DNA from: Planctomycetota bacterium
GTDB taxonomy: Bacteria > Planctomycetota > UBA1135
Assembly: GCA_030748415.1 (NCBI GenBank)
Contig: JASMMA010000006.1
Location: forward strand, 94,978 to 158,977
Length of the DNA: 64,000 nucleotides
Direction of reading: 5' to 3'
In this document: one piece after another, positions 8,881 to 17,797 of the stretch
Layout of the letters: each line of letters starts with the position of its first letter
Position numbering within the stretch: the first letter of the stretch is position 1
Notes under the pieces: model-generated
Databases searched by the model: none
The model's input: the letters and a program-made list of their open reading frames with translations, nothing else
Told to the model about the DNA's origin: nothing
Translations under genes and position numbers: made by a program

Positions 8881-11800
8881 ATGAAACCCCACCCCTTGCC
8901 CCGGAAAATGCCTCAATGGGCTGCCCTGACCCTTCTGTGCCTTCCATTGGCTTTCCTGTCCTCCTGCTTTTCGGACAGTTTGACTGGTGACGCCGGTGCG
9001 ACCGCAGGGGCCTTCAAGGTCGTTGGAGTGAATGTGCCTGAGGGTCAAATTTGGGAGCTGAACCGAGAAATCCGCATTGAGTTCAACCATCCAATTGACC
9101 CGGACTCCATCGGGTTTGATTCCATTGTGATTGCCCCAACAGATCCCGAAATGAGCGGTCACCCTGTTACGGGTAGTTTTTCTTTGGATCCAGGCTCAGG
9201 GGATAAGGTTGTTATTTTTCATCCGACCTGTCCTACGAACGATGCCCTAGATAACGGTGCCTTTCTTCCGGGTGGAGTTGCTTACCGTTTAGAACTTCCT
9301 ACCCAAGTTTCTTTTGGGGTAAATGTTCTTCGTGATACCGGTGGCCATTTTTTAACAGAAGGGCTTGCTCGAAATTTTTATTCTCCTACCCCGCCCACGC
9401 AAAATCTTTTCCTGGATTACAACATGGGGCCGGCCATGGTTACCAACATTACCTGGCCCTCGCGCTTAAACTTTTACACAGATCGTGAGCCCACGATTCA
9501 AATCCAATTCGATCAGTCAATAGACGGCCGAAGTTCAAATTTGAACACAGAACGGATTCATGTCCAGTATTCTGATAATACTCTAACGAATTCGCAAACC
9601 CCGTCCTTTGCCTTAGGGAATGAGGTCGCTGGTGAAGTTCTTTTGTTTGAAAATTGCACGGAAAACGGTTCCCTTGTGTGGTTTCAAATATCTGGAATCC
9701 TTCCACCCGACCACGCTCTTCGACTTGTTGTTGAAGACGATTTCGCTGACATTAGTGGACAGGTAAACCAAACGACTTGGTTTTCGAGCGAACATGATAC
9801 CCCTACTTTGACAGAGGTATATGCTTCAGCATTATTCGGCTGGCAAGAAACGGACGAGACCATAGATGAGTTTGCAGACTTTTTTGATGACACCACATGG
9901 ATTGATCCCGAAGCTCAAATTGTCATGCCTCCTGCGGAGTTTGTAGATGGTGTTTACCGAGCAAGTTTTGATTACAAGGGCCAATATGTCTCGGGCAACG
10001 ACGACTTCTACTGGGATGAAGACTCTGGTGAAATTCGCACTGATGGACAGTACTTAATTACAGATTCGAATAATCGCTCGTTCAATGTTTACTCGGGTGT
10101 GCTTTATGTGGATGATTTTGAAATAACGGCTGGCTCCACTTTGCGGGGTCGTGGTAGCAACCCACTTATTATTTATGCCCAGGGTGAAGTCGAAATCTAT
10201 GGCACACTTGATGTCGGTGGAAATAATTCACATTGGCCCACAAGCTTGAACTCGCCACAATTCCCCGTTGGACCTGTTCAGGGTGAATGTGGTGGTGGTC
10301 TTGGAGGAATGGCTTCTAAGATTACGAATGCTGCAACCTACCGCGGGGATCCCGGAGATGGTCCATTTGGATTTGTTGCGATTGGCGGTGTTGGTGGAGA
10401 GGGCGGAATTCAACAAACCCAGAACATTGGGAGCAGTACTTCCAAAAATTTACGATTGACTGTCGGCGGCGGTGGTGGCGGCACCTTTGCCAAAACCCCG
10501 AATGAAGCGATTTGGAAAGATGACTGGTCAAGTAAAGAACGTCCAGGCTCTGCTGAAAATAACGGCCCAGACCACCATAAGGATTCCCATACATACTGGC
10601 CCGATGGAATTTTCCATGATCCCGCGACTACCGGTGTCTATGATTTGCCCGTATTTGGGGGCGAAGATGGCATGAGGGGTTCATCATGGGAAGCTGAAAA
10701 ATGGGATCCCGATCCCAATAACCTTCCATCCGTCCCTCATGGTACTTATGGCATGGAAGATGAAATGGTTGATGTTGTTGACCCCAAAGACAGCCTCACT
10801 TCTCTTGATTCTGCCTGGAATACACCAACATGCCCTTTAGATTTTGGACACCCAACAAATGGACCTGATCCTGGTCCCAGCGGTGCCTCCATCTTTTCTG
10901 ATGATGGGGATTATATGAATGATTTTTGGGGCCGCCGTCTAAACGACGATGGCACGATTACTGTTGGAGAACTTTTGACGCCTTGGGCAGGTTCCGGTGG
11001 GGGCGCTAGTGGCGATTCCCAAACCATTACTCGAACCTCTGTAAACGGAAGAATGCTGTCTGTTGCCGAGCTATTCCCTGCTTCGCCCTTTCCGCCATCT
11101 GGTGGATATTATCGAAAGGGTGCTCCTGGCGGTGGTGGCGGCGGTCAACTTCAAATAATGGCCATTGGACCCATTACCATCGGTAATTCAGGAAAGATTG
11201 ATTGCAATGGTGGAATCGGCCACGGTGGCGAATCTGTTCTCTACACCTATGGGCAAATATCTGGTTCAGGTGGTGGCTCAGGTGGGCACCTCGTTTTGCA
11301 CTCTGCAACCAAAATTGACCTTTCACAGATTTACATTGGAGTTGCTTCGACTCCAGCAGATTTGGGGAACTTGTCCGAGAAGCGAATCGCCACTGCCGTA
11401 GGTGGCCGCCGCGGATGGTGCAACTCGATTGGGCACAAAATCCCTGGAACGAATACCTATGACGGAAATGGCGACCTCATGTTGGGTCGTGGCGGAGCTG
11501 GTGGGAATGGTGTTATCCAGTTCCACGTTCCCGACCCCGCCGATGGCTATGCCTGGCCAACCTTGGCGCGAGACGGTATTCGTTCTTACATTCATAATTT
11601 TGATTTGAATGGGCCCGTGATGACAAGCCGCTTAGAAGAAATTCTCTATCTTTTTGCTGCTCCCCGCCCATACGCCTTGCTCGCATTTTTCTCCAGTGGG
11701 TCACAATTCCAAAGTACCTGGATTGATACGGGCTATGCTGGGATGCGCTTAGATCCCTCTGGAAATAGTTATCCCAAATTCCAAAACAACCTCTTGGAGT

Positions 11801-12405
11801 TTGATGGTACCGATGGCTCTGGCTTTGTCGATGTGACTTCTGAGAAGGTGGTTCAGTTGCCAAATGTTGCCACTGGAACGCACACCCAAGCTAGTTTCGG
11901 AGCAACAACCCTAACCATTACTGATGCCGCCAGCGTTTTTTCTGGCCAAGAGCACTTCTTGCGCCACCCAGCCGCATTGGTCGGTTACTCCGTTCTTCCA
12001 AATCAAGTGGTTGAAAACGACTTCGAGATTGTTGACGCAACTTACTTAGGCGGAACCTTAACTCTTATCACCGATGTTGACGACGGATCGATGAGCGCAG
12101 CAACGAGCCCAACAGAAGATTGGGCAATTCGTCCTAGGTTCTTTAGCCTTACTACCCAGGGCGCTGTCGATAGCCTTCCTTCATCCACAAGTGTGCGGGT
12201 CCAGTTCCAGGGCACTGATGATCCTTCTGATTCCTCATCTTTCATTCCTAGCCCGACTGGGTGGGGCTCTGATTTGTCGGCACTAGAAGGTCTCCAATTT
12301 ATCCGCTACCGAGTTACCTTCGACATCGATGCAACAGATTCTGGCGTCTCACAAGCCAGTCCGAAGCCTGAGATGAGTTATATCAAGCTTCCATTCTCCT
12401 GGTAA
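8881..12405 (+). CDS. very large surface lipoprotein with N-terminal Ig-like (SbsA/Big_5-like) domains and glycine-rich beta-helix-like core
   Basis: The lipobox is ..LAFLSSC. Two Ig-like modules fit the pattern (I-x-I-x-F-[ND]-x-x-[IV]-D-P-x-S). The central region carries repeated G-rich turns: GGGLGG, GGVGGEGG, GGGGGGTF, GSGGGASG, PGGGGGGQLQI, SGSGGGSGGHLVLH and GRGGAGGNGVIQF. No catalytic motif was recognised. Confidence 0.8.
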   Translation: MKPHPLPRKMPQWAALTLLCLPLAFLSSCFSDSLTGDAGATAGAFKVVGVNVPEGQIWELNREIRIEFNHPIDPDSIGFDSIVIAPTDPEMSGHPVTGSFSLDPGSGDKVVIFHPTCPTNDALDNGAFLPGGVAYRLELPTQVSFGVNVLRDTGGHFLTEGLARNFYSPTPPTQNLFLDYNMGPAMVTNITWPSRLNFYTDREPTIQIQFDQSIDGRSSNLNTERIHVQYSDNTLTNSQTPSFALGNEVAGEVLLFENCTENGSLVWFQISGILPPDHALRLVVEDDFADISGQVNQTTWFSSEHDTPTLTEVYASALFGWQETDETIDEFADFFDDTTWIDPEAQIVMPPAEFVDGVYRASFDYKGQYVSGNDDFYWDEDSGEIRTDGQYLITDSNNRSFNVYSGVLYVDDFEITAGSTLRGRGSNPLIIYAQGEVEIYGTLDVGGNNSHWPTSLNSPQFPVGPVQGECGGGLGGMASKITNAATYRGDPGDGPFGFVAIGGVGGEGGIQQTQNIGSSTSKNLRLTVGGGGGGTFAKTPNEAIWKDDWSSKERPGSAENNGPDHHKDSHTYWPDGIFHDPATTGVYDLPVFGGEDGMRGSSWEAEKWDPDPNNLPSVPHGTYGMEDEMVDVVDPKDSLTSLDSAWNTPTCPLDFGHPTNGPDPGPSGASIFSDDGDYMNDFWGRRLNDDGTITVGELLTPWAGSGGGASGDSQTITRTSVNGRMLSVAELFPASPFPPSGGYYRKGAPGGGGGGQLQIMAIGPITIGNSGKIDCNGGIGHGGESVLYTYGQISGSGGGSGGHLVLHSATKIDLSQIYIGVASTPADLGNLSEKRIATAVGGRRGWCNSIGHKIPGTNTYDGNGDLMLGRGGAGGNGVIQFHVPDPADGYAWPTLARDGIRSYIHNFDLNGPVMTSRLEEILYLFAAPRPYALLAFFSSGSQFQSTWIDTGYAGMRLDPSGNSYPKFQNNLLEFDGTDGSGFVDVTSEKVVQLPNVATGTHTQASFGATTLTITDAASVFSGQEHFLRHPAALVGYSVLPNQVVENDFEIVDATYLGGTLTLITDVDDGSMSAATSPTEDWAIRPRFFSLTTQGAVDSLPSSTSVRVQFQGTDDPSDSSSFIPSPTGWGSDLSALEGLQFIRYRVTFDIDATDSGVSQASPKPEMSYIKLPFSW

Positions 12406-12415
12406 GGAGCAGATC

Positions 12416-15400
12416 TTACATAGAACGGCGGTACTCACCGCCGACCTGATTCAGGGTCTCACTAATCCTGCCTAAACTGGAAACGCGCACAGTTTTCATG
12501 AGGGCGTCAAATATGTTATTTCCACTCAATGACGCTTTGCGAAGTTGATTAAGTGCGGCATCTTCGGCTACCCGATTTTTCTCTTCCAAATATGTTATTT
12601 GCTCGACTTGGCTTTGTTTCTCTTCGTCAGTAGAACGGATAAGTTCAGTTTCAACGATTGAGCCATCGTCTGTCTCAGAATCAAGGAATGTGTTTACTCC
12701 GACGATAGGCAACTCCCCGGAATGCTTGAGAGTTTCGTAGTGCAAACTCTCTTCTTGGATTTTTCCGCGTTGATACATAGTTTCCATAGCACCTAGAACG
12801 CCGCCACGTTCGCTGATGCGATCGAACTCTTCAAGGACGGACTCTTCTACAAGATCCGTTAAAAGATCGATTAGGAATGCGCCCTGGAGAGGGTTCTCGT
12901 TTTTGGCTTGCCCAAATTCTTTATTGATTATGAGCTGGATTGCGAGAGCTCTGCGAACAGACTCCTCGGTTGGAGTTGTGATGGCTTCATCATATGCGTT
13001 TGTGTGCAAACTCTGGCAGTTATCGTTTGTTGCAAGAAGGGCCTGGAGAGTTGTGCGAATGTCATTGAAAGAAATATCTTGAGCGTGAAGTGAGCGACCA
13101 CTTGTCTGAATGTGGTACTTTAGTTTTTGAGAACGCTCGCTTGCTTCGTAAAGGTCGCGCATAGAAACAGCCCAGATGCGGCGAGCAACACGACCAATGA
13201 CAGAATATTCAGCATCAAGGCCATTGCTGAAAAAGAATGACAAATTTGGTGCGAAGGAGTCGATGTCCATCCCCCGTGATTTGTAATACTCAACAAAGGT
13301 AAATCCGTTGGCTAAAGTAAAGGCGAGTTGAGAAAGTGGATTCGCTCCTGCTTCTGCAATATGGTATCCCGAAATGGAAACGGAGTAAAAGTTCCGCACA
13401 TTATTTTGGATGAACCACTCCTGAACATCTCCCATCATTTTCAGGGCAAACTCTGTACTGAAAATGCAGGTGTTCTGTGCTTGATCTTCCTTCAAGATGT
13501 CTGACTGGATAGTTCCCCTGACATTTGCCAGGACATTGTCTCGTATTTCAGAGTATTCATCTCCGCTAATGACCTGATCTCCGGTTACTCCCAACAAGCC
13601 GAGTCCGCTGCCATCGTGACCTTCGGGAAGTGCGCCCCGATAGGTAGGTTGATTGCCGCCGCAGAGCTCTTTGATTTTTAATTGAGTCTCTTCCCAGCGG
13701 TTCGTTTCGCGGAGCCGTTTCTCAATCGCCTGGTCAATGGCTGTGTTCAAAAAGAAAGCAAGCATCATGGGGGCCGGCCCATTAATGGTCATGGAGACAG
13801 AGGTCTTTGGCGAGCAAAGGTCGAAGCCCGAGTAGAGGCGCTTTGCATCGTCAAGGGAGCAAACAGAAACGCCGGAGTTCCCAATTTTCCCGTAAATGTC
13901 TGGACGGTTCGCAGGGTCTTGCCCGTAAAGAGTGACGCTGTCGAAAGCAGTTGAAAGCCGGGCCGCTGGTTGACCTTTGGAAAGAAGATGAAATCGTCGG
14001 TTCGTCCTTTCGGGAGTGCCCTCCCCAGCAAACATGCGGGCGGGGTCTTCGGCAGTTCGCTTGAAGGGGAATACTCCTGCCGTGAATGGGAATTCTCCAG
14101 GAAGACCCTCCAAGGACATCCACTGACTGAGCTCACCCCAATCTTTGGTTTTTGGAAGGGCAACCTTGGGAACGCGAGTGCCCGAGAGGGTCTCGTGTTG
14201 GGCGGGGACTGAGATGTCCTTCCCGCGAACTTCATAGGTGAAGTGGTCGGCAGAATAAGCTTCGCAGGTTTGGTCCCACTTGGCGATTCGTTCACGAAGA
14301 TTTGAATCCAAATCCGAAATAATCTCTTGATAACGTTGGCGCAAAAGAAGGACCTCCGCCGGTATTGTTGAATCAACAAGGTCGTCCGCGGAGTAGTTTT
14401 CATGAATAGGCGGCGGAGAATCGCCGAACTCTCGAAGAGTGCGGGCAATGCCGTCAGCACGGGAAGCTAGATCGCTTTGCCGTTCGGTTTTTCGTCGGTA
14501 ATGACGAAGAGATTCAGCAACATCAGAAAGGTATCGACTGCGTTCGGGGGGGACAACGCAAGGAATATCAACAGAGTCATTTGTGAGAGCGGGGGCCTCC
14601 CATTCGAGTTTGGAACGCTTCTGAAGTTGCAAAATGACATGGTCGAAGAGTTGGTTCACACCTGAATCTGCAAAACGGTTCGCGGAAGTGAGATAGACGG
14701 GCATCTGTTCAGGCGGAAGGTCGAACAGTTCACGGTTTCTCTGAAATTGCTTGCGAACATCACGGAGTGCGTCATCAGCGCCGCGCTTATCTGATTTGTT
14801 AATTGCGACACAGTCAGCAAAATCCAGCATCTCGATTTTTTCAAGTTGCGAAGGAGCACCAAACTCGGGTGTCATTACATAGAGAGAGAAGTCGCATAGA
14901 TCCACAACTTCAGAATCAGATTGACCAATTCCGGCAGTTTCAAGAATGACGAGGTCATAGTTAGCGGCACAAAGGAGTTGAAGGGAATCATGTACAGCAC
15001 CAGCTGTTGCAAGATGCGCACGACGGGTTGCCATAGAGCGCATGAATACAGTTTCTCCCTGGACGGCATTCATGCGAATGCGGTCCCCAAGAAGAGCGCC
15101 ACCGGTTCGTCGCCGGCTCGGATCAACAGAGAGGACTGCCACTGTTCTTTCTGGATATTGGAGTCGCAATCGGCGGACAAGCTCGTCTGTGAGCGAAGAT
15201 TTTCCCGCACCACCAGTGCCCGTGATACCCAAAATAGGGGGCCGGCTTTCTCCCTGGAGGGCTTGGATTTGATCCCGGAGCTTCGGGAGTTTGTTTGAGT
15301 CGCAACTGTGGAGCTCCTCAATTAGGGTAATTGCTCGAGCAACATCGTTGGGGTTAGAGAAAGATATGTTGCTCGGGAGAGGAGTCTCTTGGGTGGCAAG

Positions 15401-15862
15401 GGGGATAGATGCACGAGCCAACATGTCTTCAATCATTCCCTCGAGGCCCATCGTGCGACCATCTTCAACGGAGTAGATTTTTTTTACCCCCTTCGCATGA
15501 AGTTCCTTCGCTTCCTTGTCAGTAATCGTTCCGCCGCCTCCCCCAAAAACTTGAATGTGCTCGGCGTTTCTCTCGGAAAGCAAGTCCACCATATAGCTAA
15601 AAAACTCAACATGGCCACCCTGGTAGGAACTTATTGCAATGGCGTGAGCATCTTCCTCGATTGCGGCCTCTACGATTGAATCAACACTCCGATTGTGTCC
15701 AAGATGGATAACCTCTGCGCCTTTCTTCTGAAGGATGCGGCGCATGATATTTATGGAAGCATCGTGCCCATCGAAGAGTGATGCTGCAGTGATGAAGCGC
15801 GGACGGAAATTTGTTGCCGCCGTTGAGCCGGTGGAGGAGGTTGGATTGAGGCGCGTGTTCAT
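12416..15862 (-). CDS. icmF: fused isobutyryl-CoA mutase IcmF (B12-binding domain, MeaB-like GTPase, mutase barrel)
   Basis: The N-terminus has the B12 domain ([17 protein letters not shown]). The middle has the P-loop [13 protein letters not shown] of a MeaB/ArgK-type G protein. The C-terminus is the acyl-CoA mutase substrate domain. At 1148 aa, the domain order is diagnostic of IcmF. Confidence 0.92.
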   Translation of the reverse strand: MNTRLNPTSSTGSTAATNFRPRFITAASLFDGHDASINIMRRILQKKGAEVIHLGHNRSVDSIVEAAIEEDAHAIAISSYQGGHVEFFSYMVDLLSERNAEHIQVFGGGGGTITDKEAKELHAKGVKKIYSVEDGRTMGLEGMIEDMLARASIPLATQETPLPSNISFSNPNDVARAITLIEELHSCDSNKLPKLRDQIQALQGESRPPILGITGTGGAGKSSLTDELVRRLRLQYPERTVAVLSVDPSRRRTGGALLGDRIRMNAVQGETVFMRSMATRRAHLATAGAVHDSLQLLCAANYDLVILETAGIGQSDSEVVDLCDFSLYVMTPEFGAPSQLEKIEMLDFADCVAINKSDKRGADDALRDVRKQFQRNRELFDLPPEQMPVYLTSANRFADSGVNQLFDHVILQLQKRSKLEWEAPALTNDSVDIPCVVPPERSRYLSDVAESLRHYRRKTERQSDLASRADGIARTLREFGDSPPPIHENYSADDLVDSTIPAEVLLLRQRYQEIISDLDSNLRERIAKWDQTCEAYSADHFTYEVRGKDISVPAQHETLSGTRVPKVALPKTKDWGELSQWMSLEGLPGEFPFTAGVFPFKRTAEDPARMFAGEGTPERTNRRFHLLSKGQPAARLSTAFDSVTLYGQDPANRPDIYGKIGNSGVSVCSLDDAKRLYSGFDLCSPKTSVSMTINGPAPMMLAFFLNTAIDQAIEKRLRETNRWEETQLKIKELCGGNQPTYRGALPEGHDGSGLGLLGVTGDQVISGDEYSEIRDNVLANVRGTIQSDILKEDQAQNTCIFSTEFALKMMGDVQEWFIQNNVRNFYSVSISGYHIAEAGANPLSQLAFTLANGFTFVEYYKSRGMDIDSFAPNLSFFFSNGLDAEYSVIGRVARRIWAVSMRDLYEASERSQKLKYHIQTSGRSLHAQDISFNDIRTTLQALLATNDNCQSLHTNAYDEAITTPTEESVRRALAIQLIINKEFGQAKNENPLQGAFLIDLLTDLVEESVLEEFDRISERGGVLGAMETMYQRGKIQEESLHYETLKHSGELPIVGVNTFLDSETDDGSIVETELIRSTDEEKQSQVEQITYLEEKNRVAEDAALNQLRKASLSGNNIFDALMKTVRVSSLGRISETLNQVGGEYRRSM

Positions 15863-16257
15863 GATTCAGGTTCCGAATCGAGAGTGTTCTGTTTTTTCTG
15901 AATGCGATTCAGGTAGTGTGTGAGGTGCTTCTCTAGCTCTTGCAGTTCGTTTAGGCGGGTATGGATTTCTTTGAGCCGAGTGTTCAGCATTGGCTCCAGC
16001 TCAGAAAGGAGTGCGGTTGTGTTTCCTCGATCAAATGCTGAATTCAGGTCGCCTATTTCCTCCAGGCTCATCCCCAATTTTTTGAGTCGCGAAATAAAAC
16101 GAAGCCGTTCCAGGGCATCGGCCCCGTAGAGCCTACGACCACCCGGACCCCGGCCCTCGGGACGGATGAGCCCCAGTTCCCCGTAGTAGCGAATCGTGCG
16201 GCTACTGACACCTGCTTGCTTGGCAAGGCTGGAGATGTCGAGAGAGTGAGCTTCCAT
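15859..16257 (-). CDS. MerR-family transcriptional regulator
   Basis: [26 protein letters not shown]...[27 protein letters not shown] is the canonical MerR HTH plus coiled-coil. Its stop overlaps the icmF start by 4 nt (ATGA). Confidence 0.88.
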   Translation of the reverse strand: MEAHSLDISSLAKQAGVSSRTIRYYGELGLIRPEGRGPGGRRLYGADALERLRFISRLKKLGMSLEEIGDLNSAFDRGNTTALLSELEPMLNTRLKEIHTRLNELQELEKHLTHYLNRIQKKQNTLDSEPES

Positions 16258-16263
16258 TAGGGA

Positions 16264-16293
16264 ACCATACCATCAAATGCCAGTTTGCGTCAA
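16264..16293 (-). promoter_or_regulatory. candidate sigma70-type promoter for merR-icmF (TTGACG-18 nt-TATGGT)
   Basis: On the minus strand the sequence reads ttgacg caaactggcatttgatgg tatggt tcccta ATG. The -10 hexamer ends 6 nt before the start codon, implying a leaderless or near-leaderless mRNA. This rests on the motif alone. Confidence 0.3.
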
Positions 16294-16314
16294 CTGGAAA
16301 ACTTGAGACCCCTC

Positions 16315-16484
16315 CCTAGACACTGACCCCAACTGTTGGGTCATTATTTCCCTATTCCCTTTCCAGTGAGGCACTTAGAGCAAAAGCGAACCAGGGCCTA
16401 GCGTAATACGATTAGTTGCCACAACCCCTTACCTGGTAAGGCCTTATAGATAAGGTGACCCAACAGTTGGGGTCAGTGTCTAGG
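16315..16484. repeat. perfect 29-bp inverted repeat pair (16315-16343 / 16456-16484) around a 112-bp spacer
   Basis: The left arm is cctagacactgaccccaactgttgggtca. The right arm is tgacccaacagttggggtcagtgtctagg, its exact reverse complement. Each arm contains a nested 13-bp palindrome (CCCAAC-N-GTTGGG). The right arm covers the nth stop codon (16480-16482). The left arm lies ~60-85 bp upstream of the merR start. Confidence 0.9.
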
Positions 16485-17130
16485 TGAGGAGCTTGGGGCA
16501 GCCTTCTCGAAGGATGCATTCCTCGCATTTCGCCTTCCGGGAAGTGCAGGTGCTCCTTCCGTGGTCAATAAAAAGGTGGCTGAGACGGGTCCAGGAGCTC
16601 CGGGGGAAAAGTTTCATGAGGTCGCGTTCGACCTTGATGGGATTTTTCTCCACGGTGAGGCCCAATCGGCGGGCTAATCGGCCGACATGTGTGTCCACAA
16701 CGACGCCCTCTTCTTTGCCGAATGCTGTTCCTAATACACAGTTGGCAGTTTTCCTGGCTACTCCCGGAAGGGCGGTCAGTTCGAGCATCTGGTCGGGAAC
16801 CTGACCCTTGTGATCTTGGACCAACTTTTGAGCAGCACCAAGGATGTTCTTTGCTTTATTGCGATAGAAACCGGTCGAATGGATGGCCTTTTCTAGGTCT
16901 TCCTGCCTTGCCTGGGCCATTTTTTGTGCAGTTGGCCATCTTGAGAAAAGGCCAGGAGTCACCAAATTCACCCGCTTGTCGGTGCATTGGGCAGAGAGAA
17001 TCGTGGCGATTAAGAGTTGGAATGGTGTCTCCCAATGGAGGGCAGTGCTTGTAACGGGGTACAGAGTTGTGAGTTCTTGCAGAACTCGGTGCGCCCATAT
17101 TTGAGTGGGGGAGTTGGACTTGGAGGCCAT
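16480..17130 (-). CDS. nth: endonuclease III (bifunctional DNA glycosylase/AP lyase)
   Basis: There is an HhH-GPD core (LPGVARKTANCVL ... VDTHVGRLARRLGL). The C-terminal 4Fe-4S loop is C-x6-C-x2-C-x5-C (CTSRKAKCEECILREGC). The start is re-set to Met76 (cat at 17128-17130), giving a typical 216 aa. The track's 75-codon extension is hydrophobic, low-complexity and unsupported. Confidence 0.92.
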   Translation of the reverse strand: MASKSNSPTQIWAHRVLQELTTLYPVTSTALHWETPFQLLIATILSAQCTDKRVNLVTPGLFSRWPTAQKMAQARQEDLEKAIHSTGFYRNKAKNILGAAQKLVQDHKGQVPDQMLELTALPGVARKTANCVLGTAFGKEEGVVVDTHVGRLARRLGLTVEKNPIKVERDLMKLFPRSSWTRLSHLFIDHGRSTCTSRKAKCEECILREGCPKLLT

Positions 17131-17408
17131 TTGGGTGAATCTTATCCAAGTTGAGATACCAACAAACTGAAAAAGTGCGCCCAAGGAGGGAGAAAATGAC
17201 CCATAAAAAAATAAAATAACCACGAAAACGGGCGAAAAATCTAACCAATTGAAGGAAGTTGGATTTGGGTGCTGAGATAAGTGCTCAATTATTTGGCCGG
17301 AGCCCACATTTGCTTCCGAAGATATAGGTACTGAGCATAGGTTCTTTTGGAACATTAGGTTGCAGGGGATGGCAACCTTAAAGAATGCCAGTAAAGGGGA
17401 AAAGGAAG

Positions 17409-17442
17409 CCAGCGGTCAGATTTCTGACTGCTGGTTTTTTTT
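17409..17442 (+). terminator. rho-independent terminator-like hairpin plus T8 with no upstream plus-strand gene (orphan)
   Basis: ccagcggtcag-attt-ctgactgctgg forms an 11-bp stem with one G-U pair and a 4-nt loop, followed by tttttttt. It is the only canonical intrinsic terminator I noticed in the window. It lies just upstream of the arsR-RND promoter. Confidence 0.6.
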
Positions 17443-17453
17443 GGGAAGAAATA

Positions 17454-17481
17454 TTGACTAATGAGAATATAGGGTTATATA
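17454..17481 (+). promoter_or_regulatory. candidate promoter of arsR-MFP-RND operon (TTGACT-16 nt-TATATA)
   Basis: TTGACT sits at 17454-17459 and TATATA at 17476-17481, with the ATG at 17489. The -10 ends 7 nt before the start codon and there is no Shine-Dalgarno motif, which suggests a leaderless transcript. Confidence 0.35.
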
Positions 17482-17488
17482 TATAAAT

Positions 17489-17788
17489 ATGGAACATGCC
17501 AACCTACTCCCATACGACCATTTGGTTCGTGCTGCCCCCATGATTCGAATCTGTGCTCACCCGGTCCGTTTGAGAATCATTGACTTCCTTCGCTCTGGGG
17601 AACAGTGTGTTGGAGACATCTCCTCTGCATCTGATTCGCCCCAAGCAGTGACGAGCCAACATTTGTCCACCCTTCGCCAGAACGGGATCCTGTCCGCAAA
17701 CAGGAAGGGCCAGAAAGTGTTCTACACTCTTGTGCGAACTGAAGTTCTCGGATTATTGGACTGCATTCAGAACCACTGCCGCATGTAG
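17489..17788 (+). CDS. ArsR/SmtB-family transcriptional regulator
   Basis: ICAHPVRLRIIDFLRSGEQCVGDI...VTSQHLSTLRQNGILSANRKGQKVFYTL is an ArsR winged helix. It is the first gene of the efflux operon. Confidence 0.85.
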   Translation: MEHANLLPYDHLVRAAPMIRICAHPVRLRIIDFLRSGEQCVGDISSASDSPQAVTSQHLSTLRQNGILSANRKGQKVFYTLVRTEVLGLLDCIQNHCRM

Positions 17789-17797
17789 TAGTTACCG

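Noticed and set aside
13789-14460. 223-aa ORF on the same (minus) strand as icmF, in a different reading frame and entirely inside it, plus several 60-125-aa ORFs on both strands across 12.8-15.9 kb
   Set aside because: It lies entirely inside a gene whose product matches IcmF end to end. The translation is low-complexity (Pro/Ser/Arg-rich) with no motif. It is a shadow ORF.
16315-16484. Inverted-repeat element as a 6S RNA or tRNA-like gene
   Set aside because: A perfect, unbulged 29-bp closing stem and self-palindromic arms are atypical for 6S RNA. No tRNA cloverleaf or T-loop (GTTCGAATC-type) sequence is present.
17196-17219. Mini-ORF MTHKKIK preceded by a strong AAGGAGGG (17183-17190)
   Set aside because: It is only 7 codons, and there is no attenuator structure linked to it. 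SD motifs otherwise appear unused here, so a chance occurrence cannot be excluded. I mention it only under the leaderless finding.
17131-17355. 75-codon N-terminal extension of nth with a hydrophobic stretch (would make a membrane-anchored Nth)
   Set aside because: Nth homology starts at Met76, which gives the canonical ~216 aa. The extension is encoded by an A/T-rich tract and looks non-coding. I left the region as a possible sRNA/promoter region.
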